Positions 1 through 9,524 of a stretch of DNA of 46,782 nucleotides are shown here, one piece after another (within the stretch, counting starts at the first letter, position 1; every line of letters begins with the position of its first letter). The stretch is from an uncultured Desulfobacteraceae bacterium (lineage in GTDB: Bacteria > Desulfobacterota > DSM-4660 > Desulfatiglandales > Desulfatiglandaceae), in NCBI GenBank assembly GCA_964404085.1, contig CAYOIU010000002.1, forward strand, positions 1 through 46,782. Direction: 5' to 3'. A program made the translations under genes and the position numbers. The notes under the pieces are model-generated. The model was not told where the DNA came from. It did no database searches and saw nothing but the letters and a program-made list of their open reading frames with translations.

Positions 1-616
1 CCGGGCTGCATCAGGCTGACCACATCGAAGGTATTGAGTCCTGATTTGACAAAGAGGAAGATGATGGTCGGCAGGATCAGGGCGCTTCCGGCCAGGAGAT
101 AGAGGAACAGCTTCATGGCCCCATACTCTTTTCGGGTGCTGCCCCATATGGCAATGAGTGGGTACATGGGAAAGAGAGACACGTCATACCAGACGAAGAT
201 GAAAAAGAGATCCATGCTCATGAAAAAGCCGAAGACCCCGGTCACGAGCAGAAAGAAAAAGGCCAGGAATTCCTTTACGCGCTCCTCCAGTTCCCACATG
301 GTGAGCACACCGGTAAAAAAGATAATCCCGGTGAGAAGCAGCAGCGGGAGACTGAAGCCGTCCACCGCATTGAAATAGGAGATGCCGAAGGCTTTGAACC
401 AGGGGACTTGCTCGACGAACTGGAGCCCTCCCCGGGTCCGGTCAAAGACGCAAAAAAGGATCACCGAGAGGACCAGGGTGATCCCTGAAAAGACAAGTCC
501 GATCCCTTTGATCAACCCTTTGCGGTCCCCGGGAACGAAAAGAATCAGCAGCAGGCCGGTCACGCAGCAGAGGAGGATGGCCGAGAGAAATGGAAAATGG
601 GCAAATGTCAAATTCA
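1..616 (-). CDS. nuoM: NADH-quinone oxidoreductase subunit M, 5' part only (gene runs off the left edge)
   Basis: Not in the ORF track because there is no stop in the window. My own translation from the ATG at 616-614 gives MNLTFAHFPFLSAILLCCVTGLLLILFVPG...FGISYFNAVDGFSLPLLLLTGIIFF...YDVSLFPMYPLIAIWGS, a polytopic antiporter-like N-terminus. It starts 8 nt after the nuoL stop, in the canonical nuoL-nuoM order. Confidence 0.8.
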
Positions 617-624
617 TGGGCCTT

Positions 625-2541
625 CTATCCTATCAAAAAAAAGAGGATCAGGACGGTCACAACGGCGAAGAGTACCATCAGGTTATACCTCAGAATTCCC
701 GACTGCAGGAACGAGAGGACCCGCCCTGCGGCCACGGTGAACCGGGCAAAGCGATCAAGGCTCCCGTTGATGGCCAACCGCTCATTCTCGGCTGAGAGTC
801 TGGAAACGGTCCCGTCGAGAATAGTTTTCACCATTTTGCTGTAAAAATGATCCAGATACCAACGATTCGAAAACAGGGCCTTCAGCCAGGGAACCCGTTC
901 AACAAATCCCACACGGGAAGAGCCCTTGCGGCCGAACTCGAACCACGCCACAGCAACACCCACAAAAACCAGTACCATTGAACCGTAGACCACTCCACTG
1001 TGGGCCGCGGCGCCGCCTCCATGGATTTCCTGCCGGGTCAGGAGGAAAAGCTTGAGGGGTTCCTCAAAAAAGCCAAGGGCCAGCGTGATACCGGCCAGGA
1101 TAATGAGCGGCCAATGCATCACACGGTCAAGTGTTCTCTTGTGTGCAGCTGCCATGGGACCTGAGGGTCCGGTGTCCCCTTCTTTCCCGAGCACGCTTTC
1201 GGTTTCCCCTGGAAACAGAATAATGAAAACCAGCCTGAAGGCATAGTAGGCGGTGAGGAAAGCGCCTGCAAGACCCGCCCATACCCAGACGGGGTTTTTC
1301 AGCCCTGCGAGCGTCGCCATAATGGCCTCTTTGCTGAAGAAGCCGGAAAAAGGTGGAAGCCCCGCAAGGGCCCCTGCCCCTGCGATCAGGCAGACCATGG
1401 GGATCGCGGCTCCCCGGCCGCCCCGCCTGCCGATGTGGAACAGATCATTGGTTCCATAGTGGTGAATCCAGACACCGGCGCAGAGGAAGAGCAGCGCCTT
1501 GAATGCAGCGTGGGTAGTGAGATGAAAGGCCCCTGCAAAGGTGCCTCCGGCTGCAAGGGCCATGATCATGAACCCCAGCTGGCTGATGGTGGAATAGGCC
1601 AGGACTTGCTTGATGTCCCTCTGCACCATGGCCATGGTGGAAGCCATAAGCATCGTGATGGTGCCGATGCAAAGGAAGACGGTCATGGCGCTTTCCGACT
1701 GGCTGAAAAAAGGAAAGAGGCGGAGAAAGAGAAAGACGCCCGCTGCCACCATGGTGGCCGAATGGAGCAAGGCACTCACCGGTGTGGGTCCTTCCATGGC
1801 ATCCGGAAGCCACGTCAGAAGGGGAAACTGTGCACTCTTTCCCATGATTCCCCCGAACAGGAGAAGGGCCGAAACCGTGATCAGTAAGGGCGTCATCCGG
1901 GTCGCCGCCCCCACGCTGTTCAGTGCCAGGATATCCAGATTTCCGAAATGGATGAGCAGGAGAAAGAGGCCGATGAGAAAGGCGGTGTCCCCCAGTCGGG
2001 TCATGACAAAGGCCTTCTTTCCTGCCTGGCTGGCACGGAACTTTGCATACCAGAAACCGATGAGGAGGTAGGATGAGAGGCCTACCAGCTCCCAGAAGAC
2101 ATAAAGCTGCAGCAGGGAAGACGAGACACTCAGGCTCATCATGGCCCAGGCGAACAGGGATTGAAAGGCATAGTAGCGGGAAAACCCTGGATCACCGGCC
2201 ATGTACCCCAGGGAGTAGATCTGAACCAGGCAGCTGATGAGCGCCACGAGGGTGAGCATGAGCAGACTGGTCGGGTCCAGGAGAAACCCGAAACGAATGT
2301 CGATCTCGCCGGCCATGAGCCATCGTCCGGTGTACGCGATGGGGTGGCCCGTGTGCCAGTTCAACACAACGAGCCACAAAACGGCCATCAGAGAGGCGGT
2401 AACAGCTCCCACCGAGATCCCGGCGGAAAGCCGCGGATGAGACCGGGTGAGGACCGAAATCCCTCCAAAAGAGAGGAACGGCAGCGACAGGGCCACCACG
2501 GTGATGAGCAGGGTCGGCTCCCGGGTCAGGGCGGGAATCAT
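625..2541 (-). CDS. nuoL: NADH-quinone oxidoreductase subunit L
   Basis: 638-aa polytopic membrane ORF with the antiporter-like signature WELVGLSSYLLIGFWY and a long C-terminal extension. ATG at 2541. Position lies between nuoK and nuoM. Confidence 0.93.
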   Translation of the reverse strand: MIPALTREPTLLITVVALSLPFLSFGGISVLTRSHPRLSAGISVGAVTASLMAVLWLVVLNWHTGHPIAYTGRWLMAGEIDIRFGFLLDPTSLLMLTLVALISCLVQIYSLGYMAGDPGFSRYYAFQSLFAWAMMSLSVSSSLLQLYVFWELVGLSSYLLIGFWYAKFRASQAGKKAFVMTRLGDTAFLIGLFLLLIHFGNLDILALNSVGAATRMTPLLITVSALLLFGGIMGKSAQFPLLTWLPDAMEGPTPVSALLHSATMVAAGVFLFLRLFPFFSQSESAMTVFLCIGTITMLMASTMAMVQRDIKQVLAYSTISQLGFMIMALAAGGTFAGAFHLTTHAAFKALLFLCAGVWIHHYGTNDLFHIGRRGGRGAAIPMVCLIAGAGALAGLPPFSGFFSKEAIMATLAGLKNPVWVWAGLAGAFLTAYYAFRLVFIILFPGETESVLGKEGDTGPSGPMAAAHKRTLDRVMHWPLIILAGITLALGFFEEPLKLFLLTRQEIHGGGAAAHSGVVYGSMVLVFVGVAVAWFEFGRKGSSRVGFVERVPWLKALFSNRWYLDHFYSKMVKTILDGTVSRLSAENERLAINGSLDRFARFTVAAGRVLSFLQSGILRYNLMVLFAVVTVLILFFLIG

Positions 2542-2596
2542 AAGTTACCTCTGATTGATGATGCAAAATGGTTTGGACCGGCTTCTTCCATGACAA

Positions 2597-2902
2597 TTAC
2601 CATTTCAGGATATTATAGGTGTCCGGATCCAGCGATTCGGTTTTTCGATAGGCCGCCACAATCAACACCAGCCCCACCGACACCTCGGCCGCGGCCACGC
2701 CGATCAGGAAAAGCACGAAGACCTGCCCCGTAAGCAACTGCCATCGCAGGGCCGCCCCAACAAATGCGATGGCGGCTCCATTCATCATGATCTCAACGCC
2801 CATAAGGAGCATGATCAGATTGCGACGTGCCAGCATGCAGACCAACCCGACCGCAAAAATCATACCTGCCAGAACAACGACGTGACCGTAGGGAACAATC
2901 AT
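2597..2902 (-). CDS. nuoK: NADH-quinone oxidoreductase subunit K
   Basis: 101-aa protein with 3 TM segments (..LLMGVEIMMNGAAIAF..AAAEVSVGLVLIV..). Its ATG overlaps the nuoJ stop (ATGA). Confidence 0.93.
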   Translation of the reverse strand: MIVPYGHVVVLAGMIFAVGLVCMLARRNLIMLLMGVEIMMNGAAIAFVGAALRWQLLTGQVFVLFLIGVAAAEVSVGLVLIVAAYRKTESLDPDTYNILKW

Positions 2903-3417
2903 GGTTCATCCTCCTTCACTTGTTCTCCCTTCCCTTTTCCCAGGTGGATGACTGCAACCAGGGCAACTAGGAGCAGAAGGGAGATGATCTCCACGGCGAG
3001 CCAGTAGTTCTGGAACACAAACCGGCCGAATGTCGCCGGCTCGGCAAGGGACATTTCCAGTATGACCCGGCCGGCGGGATCCCGGATGACCATGAAAACA
3101 ATCAATAGGAGAAAAAGGATTCCAAGCAGGACGCCCGGTCCCCACCTGCCTACGGACGTGCCCTGCTCCGCGCTGGTCTCCATCCTGAGGGTCATGATGA
3201 CGAAGAGAAACAGGACCATAATAGCCCCTGCGTAGATGATCACCTCCAAGGCGGCCAGAAACGGCGCCCCCAGCAGGTAAAACAGGACTGCCGTTCCGAG
3301 GAACGATACGATCAGGCAGATCACCGCGTGGACCGTATTTCGGCGGGTGACGGCCAGGACACTTGCCCCCAGGATGATGATTCCCACCAGGTAAAAAACG
3401 GCCCCATACCATGTCAT
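2899..3417 (-). CDS. nuoJ: NADH-quinone oxidoreductase subunit J
   Basis: The ORF track extends to 3831, but the hydrophobic NuoJ-like sequence begins at MTWYGAVFYLVGIIILGASVLAV (ATG at 3417-3415). The upstream 138 codons are R/G/P-rich and overlap nuoI in another frame. Confidence 0.85.
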   Translation of the reverse strand: MTWYGAVFYLVGIIILGASVLAVTRRNTVHAVICLIVSFLGTAVLFYLLGAPFLAALEVIIYAGAIMVLFLFVIMTLRMETSAEQGTSVGRWGPGVLLGILFLLLIVFMVIRDPAGRVILEMSLAEPATFGRFVFQNYWLAVEIISLLLLVALVAVIHLGKGKGEQVKEDEP

Positions 3418-3497
3418 GAAAAAATCCTCCAGATCCTCGGCTTCAATCCAAACCGCTTTCTCAACGAGGCCCCTCAAATGCAGAAAAACCTGGGGAA

Positions 3498-4052
3498 CTA
3501 AGGCAGATTGCTTTTGAGATTCACCGGTTTTTTCTCCCCCACGTGGGTCCCCTTTTCTCCAAGGACATCGACCCCGGCAAATCGGTAGAAATTGTAATCC
3601 GTATTCTTGCCTCCATGGTCCACCAGCAGGTCCTCTTTTTCCGCCACCAGGGTCAAAATATCGTACTGACAGTGTTCGAAATCGGGCGTCAACTGGATGG
3701 CCAGTGTGGGGCAGGCCTCCTCGCACAGGCCGCAGTAGATGCACCGGGCGAAGTTGATCCGAAACCAGCGGGCCCAGCGCCGACCGTCTTCTCTTTCCGC
3801 GGCCTGCATGGAGATACAGCTCACCGGGCACACTCCGGAGCAGAGGTAGCAGGCAACGCAGCGCTCGTCGCCGTCCGGGTCACGGGTGAGGATGATCCTG
3901 GCCCGGGACCTCTCCGGCAGCGGCCGTTTGTATTCCGGGTATTCCTCGGTGACGGGCCTTCGAAACAGGTGCCTTAGAACGGTGACGAAGCCACCTGCCA
4001 GACTCCCTATGATCTCCACAATCCCCTGGTTTGACATCCCATTGTTGGTCAT
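3498..4052 (-). CDS. nuoI: NADH-quinone oxidoreductase subunit I (2x[4Fe-4S])
   Basis: Two CxxCxxCxxxCP motifs (CVACYLCSGVCP, CIYCGLCEEACP). The track start at 4067 is GTG. The ATG at 4052 is preceded by AGAGGA, so I prefer it, though the start is uncertain by 15 nt. Confidence 0.9.
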   Translation of the reverse strand: MTNNGMSNQGIVEIIGSLAGGFVTVLRHLFRRPVTEEYPEYKRPLPERSRARIILTRDPDGDERCVACYLCSGVCPVSCISMQAAEREDGRRWARWFRINFARCIYCGLCEEACPTLAIQLTPDFEHCQYDILTLVAEKEDLLVDHGGKNTDYNFYRFAGVDVLGEKGTHVGEKKPVNLKSNLP

Positions 4053-4071
4053 ACCATCCTCTTCCACCCTC

Positions 4072-4198
4072 CCTGATCCACCATCAAGGCATCATCTGTG
4101 GCGTTGCCTTCGTTCGCTCCTCCCTGCGGCGTATTGCTCCATACGCCTCTGTCGTCGCTCCTCGGCGCCTAACATCTAATGCCTTGCTGGTGATCAGG
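4072..4198. repeat. Inverted repeat (about 20-nt arms, about 86-nt spacer with an inner 7-bp hairpin) filling the nuoH-nuoI spacer
   Basis: CCTGATCCACCATCAAGGCAT (4072-4092) pairs with ATGCCTTGCTGGTGATCAGG (4179-4198), giving 19 paired positions with one bulge and one mismatch. The inner hairpin is GGCGTAT-TGCTCC-ATACGCC (4128-4147). The arms carry the same motif seen at 12372-12394 and 12501-12522. Confidence 0.6.
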
Positions 4199-4218
4199 AA
4201 TCTTCCCAAAGCAGTTCA

Positions 4219-5214
4219 TCAACCCGCTACCAGCAACATCAGGCCGCCTGTAAGTGCAATATTGACCAGGGCGACAGGGACCAGCACCTTCCACCCCAGG
4301 TCCATCAACTGGTCATAACGCAGTCTCGGAAGGGTTCCCCTGATCCAGATCATGACAAAGATCACGAGGGACACCTTCAGGCAGAACCAGACCAGGGGCG
4401 GCAGCAGGGGTCCGTGCCAGCCCCCGAGAAAAAACACGGCAAGCAGTGCACCCAGGGAAATCATGGTGATATACTCCCCCAGGAAGAAGAGCCCGAAACG
4501 CATGCCACTGTACTCGGTATGGTAACCGGCCACCAGTTCATGTTCCGCCTCCGGCAGATCAAAGGGGATGCGCTTGATCTCGGCCACGGCACTTATGAAG
4601 AACACGCCGAATGCGAGCGGCTGCAGCACAATGAACGGCATTCCGGCCTGGGCCTTTACAATATCAACCAGGCTGAAGGAATGGGCGAGCATGACCACGG
4701 GAACCAGCGAGAGCCCCAGGGAGAGTTCATAGCTGATCATCTGTGCAGCCGCGCGGATACCGCCCAGGAGGCTGTACTTGGAATTGGACGCCCAGCCCCC
4801 GAGGACGACGCCGTAGACGCCCAGGGAGGAAAGGGCGAAGACGTAGAGCAATCCCACATTCAGATCCGATATGACCAGGGGGACTCTCCTTCCCCAGATC
4901 ACCCACTCTTTTCCGAACGGCACCACCGCAAAGATAAGGAGTGCGGTGATGGCCACCACGGCAGACGCAAAGAGAAAGACCATGCGATCGGCTCCCCCTG
5001 GGACGGTATCCTCCTTGGTCAGGAGTTTGACGATATCCGCCACAGGCTGAAGGAGTCCAAAGGGACCGGCCCTGTTGGGACCCAGACGGAGCTGTAGCCT
5101 TCCCAGAAGTTTCCGTTCCACGTAGACCAGCCAGCCTGCCACCAGGAGCAGGGCCACCAGGACGGTCCCGAGTTTGATGAGGAGGAAAATGATTCCGAGA
5201 ATCCAGCCGATCAT
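4219..5214 (-). CDS. nuoH: NADH-quinone oxidoreductase subunit H
   Basis: 331-aa polytopic ORF with the NuoH signature RLGPNRAGPFGLLQPVADIVKLLTKED. ATG at 5214. Confidence 0.95.
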   Translation of the reverse strand: MIGWILGIIFLLIKLGTVLVALLLVAGWLVYVERKLLGRLQLRLGPNRAGPFGLLQPVADIVKLLTKEDTVPGGADRMVFLFASAVVAITALLIFAVVPFGKEWVIWGRRVPLVISDLNVGLLYVFALSSLGVYGVVLGGWASNSKYSLLGGIRAAAQMISYELSLGLSLVPVVMLAHSFSLVDIVKAQAGMPFIVLQPLAFGVFFISAVAEIKRIPFDLPEAEHELVAGYHTEYSGMRFGLFFLGEYITMISLGALLAVFFLGGWHGPLLPPLVWFCLKVSLVIFVMIWIRGTLPRLRYDQLMDLGWKVLVPVALVNIALTGGLMLLVAG

Positions 5215-5223
5215 GATCTTCGC

Positions 5224-7722
5224 CTATATCCGCTTGATACGGTTCATGGGCAGGGTTTTCTTCAACCCGGAGACCTTCTGCCAGTCCAGTTGCCGGTGCC
5301 TGGGAAGAACCATGACCCCCTGGGCCATGTTCTCCATCACCAGGAAGTCCACCTCCAAACAACCGCCGTCCAGGTGCAAGGCGACCCTTTTCCCTGGGGC
5401 AAGTCCCAGCCGGGCCGCATCCTTGGGGTGCACCGCTAGGTAGGGGACTGTTTCGGCTTCCCGCGTGTGGGCGGACCAGGAAGAGAGGTCTTCCGTACCG
5501 AACGTCCAGTCCACCAGGATGAGTTCCAGGCCCTCCCCATCGCCCTGATCGTTTTCAGAAAACAGTGCCTCTTCAGTAAACGCCTTTTCCCGCTTCGAAT
5601 CGGGCAGCCACCGCCGATCGTGACCTTCACCCCGTTGATCCAGGAGCTTGGCAAGGGAGGGATTCTCTTCCGCCGGACTTGCTGCGAGATTACCATGCAT
5701 CGGACAAGTCTCCCGGATCGAAAGGTTTTTTGCCAGATCCTTCAGCACTTCGCCTGCCGCCATCACCCCACCTCCGGGCACGTGATCAAGGTGGTGACGG
5801 GGAGGATGGCCTCCCTCCCCGGTACGGGATAGGGACGTGCCCGCCCGGTGAACGGCCCACGCCTTTTGAATCCGCCCTTCCTGATTGATATAGCGGCCAT
5901 CGGTTTCGAATACCGTGGCCGTGGGCAGGACCACATGGGCCCTTTCTACGGCACGGGATGGGAGATAGTCCAGCACCACCAAAAAATCCAGCTTATCCAG
6001 GGCACGGTTCAAGCGGGAAAGGTCAGGGAACGATCCAAAAGGATCATTCTCGATCATCAGCAAAGCCTTGATCTTTCCCTGTTCAACCGCCTCCATCAGC
6101 GTCTCAGAGGCACCTCCCGAATTTGAGAAAAGGGCCGTACCAAAACCATTGGGTCCCTGCAGAACATAAAAAAGTCCAGCCCACCCTTTCATTTCCCGCA
6201 TCAGGAGGGCATAATCCGCGGCAAGGGCCGGCGTGTTTGCCTCGACCATATCCATGCCGCAGACAATGACCGGCCTCGTGGATTCCTCAAATGCGGGCCG
6301 GATCTTTGAGATCTCTTCCAAAAAGCCACCATCTGGCTCAGGAGCGCCGGCGCAGGCATCAAAATACTGTAAGGCATCCGCGCCCAGCCCCTCAGCCACT
6401 TTTCGGGGGACGGTTCTTGTCATGAGGGCTTGAATGCAGTGGTTCAATCGGGAGGGACGCACCGCCAGGTGATGAAAATCAAGGGGCAGAGAAACGGGTC
6501 TGGGATCCAGGACCGCCACGACCGCTCCCCTCCGCTGGGCCTGTCTCATGGCCAGTGCCAGCATTGGGGCCTCATTGAGCGGGTCACCACCCACCACCAG
6601 AATGAAGTCCGCCTCCTCCACTTCCTTCATGGAGACGGCCAGAGAGTCCTCTAACCTCCAAACCGCCGTTTGGGTCTTATGCTCCAGGCATGCATCCAGG
6701 AAGAAGCGGGGTCCGGTCCAGCCCTGGTTGCGGCATAGACTTGCGACCTCTGCCATAGTCTCCAGACTGTTTCGCGATGAGCCCAGGCAGGCGACCGCTG
6801 TGGGACCGTCGCTCTCATGGATCTCCTGCAGCCTCTGCGCCACGGTACCAAGCGCCTCTTCGTGCGCCACTTCCCTCCCGTTTACCTTTGGCTTGCGCGG
6901 TCGATCCCGATGCTCGGCATATTGAAATCCATAGCGTCCGCGATCGCAGATCAAATAGCCGTTCACTTCTTCGTTCAAACGGGCCTCAATACGCATTATT
7001 TCCCGATAGTGGGCACTGCCCACAGTGCTGCAGCCCAGAGAGCAGTGGAGACAAATGGACGGTCCCCGCTCAAAATCCCAGCGCCTCCCCTTGAACCGGG
7101 AAGGCCTGTCCGTAAAAACGCCGGTTGGACAGATATCAATGAGGTTCCCTGAAAAGGGACTTTCCAGAGGACCCTCTTTGAACCTTCCGAAATAGGTGCG
7201 GTCGGCTATTCCCAGGGCTCCCAGATCCCGGTAGCCGGCAAATTCCTGGTAAAAACGCCTGCAGCGCCAACACTGAATACACCGGTTCATTTCATGCTGC
7301 ACGAAAGGCCCAAGATACTGATCCGTATAGGTCCGCTTCTTCCCCACGTACCGTCTGAGACCATGCCCCCCGGAGATTGTTTCATCCTGGAGCAGACAGT
7401 GTCCTCCCTCGTCACACACCGGGCAGTCATGGGGATGGTTGAGCATGAGGCATTCAATAATCCATCGGCGAAACGCCACGGCCTCCGGGTCTGTTGTGGA
7501 TACCACCATTCCCTCTTCCGCCTCCACCATGCAACTCATTTCCAGGCCCTTTACCGGTCCTTCAAGGAATTTGACGGCGCACATGCGGCAGGCGCCCAGG
7601 GACCCCAGGGCGGGATGGTAGCAGAAGCGTGGAACTATGATGCCCAACCGCTCGGCCGCGTCGATGACTTTGGTCCCGTCGGGAACGCTGATTGCACGAT
7701 TATCGATGATCAGGTTGACCAT
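5224..7722 (-). CDS. nuoG: NADH-quinone oxidoreductase subunit G
   Basis: The homologous sequence starts at MVNLIIDNRAISVPDG (ATG at 7722-7720). It has the 2Fe-2S motif CYHPALGSLGACRMC, HPHDCPVCDEGGHC, CIQCWRCRRF and a molybdopterin-oxidoreductase-like C-terminal half. The 55 extra codons in the track overlap nuoF. Confidence 0.9.
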   Translation of the reverse strand: MVNLIIDNRAISVPDGTKVIDAAERLGIIVPRFCYHPALGSLGACRMCAVKFLEGPVKGLEMSCMVEAEEGMVVSTTDPEAVAFRRWIIECLMLNHPHDCPVCDEGGHCLLQDETISGGHGLRRYVGKKRTYTDQYLGPFVQHEMNRCIQCWRCRRFYQEFAGYRDLGALGIADRTYFGRFKEGPLESPFSGNLIDICPTGVFTDRPSRFKGRRWDFERGPSICLHCSLGCSTVGSAHYREIMRIEARLNEEVNGYLICDRGRYGFQYAEHRDRPRKPKVNGREVAHEEALGTVAQRLQEIHESDGPTAVACLGSSRNSLETMAEVASLCRNQGWTGPRFFLDACLEHKTQTAVWRLEDSLAVSMKEVEEADFILVVGGDPLNEAPMLALAMRQAQRRGAVVAVLDPRPVSLPLDFHHLAVRPSRLNHCIQALMTRTVPRKVAEGLGADALQYFDACAGAPEPDGGFLEEISKIRPAFEESTRPVIVCGMDMVEANTPALAADYALLMREMKGWAGLFYVLQGPNGFGTALFSNSGGASETLMEAVEQGKIKALLMIENDPFGSFPDLSRLNRALDKLDFLVVLDYLPSRAVERAHVVLPTATVFETDGRYINQEGRIQKAWAVHRAGTSLSRTGEGGHPPRHHLDHVPGGGVMAAGEVLKDLAKNLSIRETCPMHGNLAASPAEENPSLAKLLDQRGEGHDRRWLPDSKREKAFTEEALFSENDQGDGEGLELILVDWTFGTEDLSSWSAHTREAETVPYLAVHPKDAARLGLAPGKRVALHLDGGCLEVDFLVMENMAQGVMVLPRHRQLDWQKVSGLKKTLPMNRIKRI

Positions 7723-9014
7723 AACGAATTGTCCACTGTCTCTTGAGGCCAGGCATTGGCACCGTAGGGGCACTTGTGCCGGCTGATGTGTTCCCGGATC
7801 TCGTCCTCGAAATAGGTCAGGAGACCCTTCAACGGGGCTATCGCTCCTGGAGCAAAGGCGCAGTAGGCATGGCGCATGGCCTCGCACATCTCCTTAAGCA
7901 TGGGAATAAAGGATGCTTCCCCTTCCCCCGCTTCAATGCGCTGCAGCAGGTCTCTGACAAAGGGCAACCCTTCCCGGCAGGGGGTGCAGAATCCGCAGGA
8001 CTCCCTCGCGAAATAGGTTATCAGGTTCAAGGTGGCCCCCACCAGACAGGTCTCTGCGTCAAACACGATGATGGCCCCTGTTCCCAGCCTCTGGCCCGCC
8101 TTTTTCAGGACATCGAAGTCCATCTGGATGTCATAAAATTCCGCCGGCAGAAATCCGGTGGATGCCCCCCCCGGAAGACAGGCCTTGAAGACGGAACCGG
8201 GCAGCATGCCGCCTGCGCTCAGCTCGATGATCTCGCTCAGGCGGGTACCCAGTGGAAGTTCGAAACAACCGGGTTTTCTCACCTTTCCGCTGACGCAGTA
8301 GAGCTTGGTCCCGGCCCCGGCCCGGGCAAGCCCCCGGAACCACTCCGGACCCTTTCTGACGATATGCGGCACGTAGGCCAGGGTTTCCACGTTGTTGACA
8401 ACGGTGGGTCTTTGCCACAACCCTTTCTGGGCCATGTGCGCTGTTTTGTCCGGGCGCGGTCTTTTCCCCTGGAGGGCGTTAACCTGGGCCGAGGCCTCGC
8501 CGCAGATGTAGCGGCCTCCGCTCCGGTGCACCTCGATTTCGAAGGCAAATCCGCTACCCAGGATGTTTCCCCCCAGGTAACCGACCTCCCTGGCCGCCAC
8601 CACTTCCTTCTCCAGGAGTGCGGCCTCCCTTTCATAAGAGGGCCGTATGAAAAGGATGCCTTTCTGGGCGGAAACGGCATATCCGGCCAGGAGGATGCCC
8701 TCCAGGATCATGTGGGGATCCACATTGAAAAGGACCCGATCCTTGAAGGTCCCCGGTTCCATTTCATCGCTGTTGGCTACGATGTATCTGGGAAAAGTAC
8801 CGTCATCTGGCACGCCCTCCCACTTCTTTGCTGTTGGAAAACCGGCCCCACCCCTTCCCCTGAGCCCGGATTCTTCCACCAACCGCCGAACATCCTTTGG
8901 CGAAAGGTTCCGGAGGGCATGGGCCAGGGCTTCGTAGCCGCCGCTGCTCCGGTATTCATCCAGCGTTGCAGGTCCTTCCGATTTCCTGTTTCTAAAGAGT
9001 AGTTGCTCAAGCAT
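7710..9014 (-). CDS. nuoF: NADH-quinone oxidoreductase subunit F (FMN/NADH-binding)
   Basis: Motifs GLRGRGGAGFPTAKKW and ESCGFCTPCREG (N3 cluster). In-frame ATGs lie at 9074, 9029 and 9014. Only 9014 has a GAGGG..GCAGGG purine tract upstream and avoids a long overlap with nuoE, so the start remains uncertain. Confidence 0.88.
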   Translation of the reverse strand: MLEQLLFRNRKSEGPATLDEYRSSGGYEALAHALRNLSPKDVRRLVEESGLRGRGGAGFPTAKKWEGVPDDGTFPRYIVANSDEMEPGTFKDRVLFNVDPHMILEGILLAGYAVSAQKGILFIRPSYEREAALLEKEVVAAREVGYLGGNILGSGFAFEIEVHRSGGRYICGEASAQVNALQGKRPRPDKTAHMAQKGLWQRPTVVNNVETLAYVPHIVRKGPEWFRGLARAGAGTKLYCVSGKVRKPGCFELPLGTRLSEIIELSAGGMLPGSVFKACLPGGASTGFLPAEFYDIQMDFDVLKKAGQRLGTGAIIVFDAETCLVGATLNLITYFARESCGFCTPCREGLPFVRDLLQRIEAGEGEASFIPMLKEMCEAMRHAYCAFAPGAIAPLKGLLTYFEDEIREHISRHKCPYGANAWPQETVDNSLWST

Positions 9015-9516
9015 CCCTGCCGCCCTCATCGGGCCGAGGAATCTGCCCTTTTCGTAAGCTGTCCAGGATTTCATCGATCTTATCAGGGGTCAATGGCCCG
9101 TAAGTCATATCACGGATGATCATGGCCGGTGCTCGATCGCATTGGCCCATGCACGCCGAAGGCAATACGGTGAAAAGGCCGTCTTTGCTTTGCTCCCCCA
9201 CTTTTACTCGCAGCTTCCTGCAGAGGTATTCCACCAGCGATTCCTCGCCGAACATCCAGCAGACGACCCCGTCACAGGCATGGATCACAAACTTGCCCAC
9301 AGGCCGGCGATAGATAAAGTCATAGAAAGTCGCCAGTTCTTCCATTTCCAGGGGGGTCATGCCCAGGAGTTCAGCCCCTTCCACAAGACCCTCGTCCGTC
9401 AGGTAGCCGTCGCGGGTCTGCAGGGCGTACATCACTTCGATTGCCAGCTCGCGGGGATGCTCGGCTTGCGGGATTCTTTTCCGAAGTTTTTCCAAAAGGT
9501 CTTGAGTCCTCATCAT
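9007..9516 (-). CDS. nuoE: NADH-quinone oxidoreductase subunit E (2Fe-2S)
   Basis: 169 aa with the thioredoxin-like 2Fe-2S pattern HACDGVVCWMFG...ACMGQCDRAPAM. Lies between nuoBCD and nuoF. Confidence 0.92.
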   Translation of the reverse strand: MMRTQDLLEKLRKRIPQAEHPRELAIEVMYALQTRDGYLTDEGLVEGAELLGMTPLEMEELATFYDFIYRRPVGKFVIHACDGVVCWMFGEESLVEYLCRKLRVKVGEQSKDGLFTVLPSACMGQCDRAPAMIIRDMTYGPLTPDKIDEILDSLRKGQIPRPDEGGRDA

Positions 9517-9524
9517 CAGTCCGA

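Noticed and set aside
7723-7887. N-terminal extensions in the ORF track: nuoG to 7887, nuoJ to 3831, the MDH-like gene to 16238, the FAD oxidoreductase from 18032, rubrerythrin to 23571, and EamA from 34724.
   Set aside because: The extensions overlap the preceding gene or are non-homologous basic sequence. Internal ATG or TTG starts with Shine-Dalgarno tracts coincide with the family N-termini.
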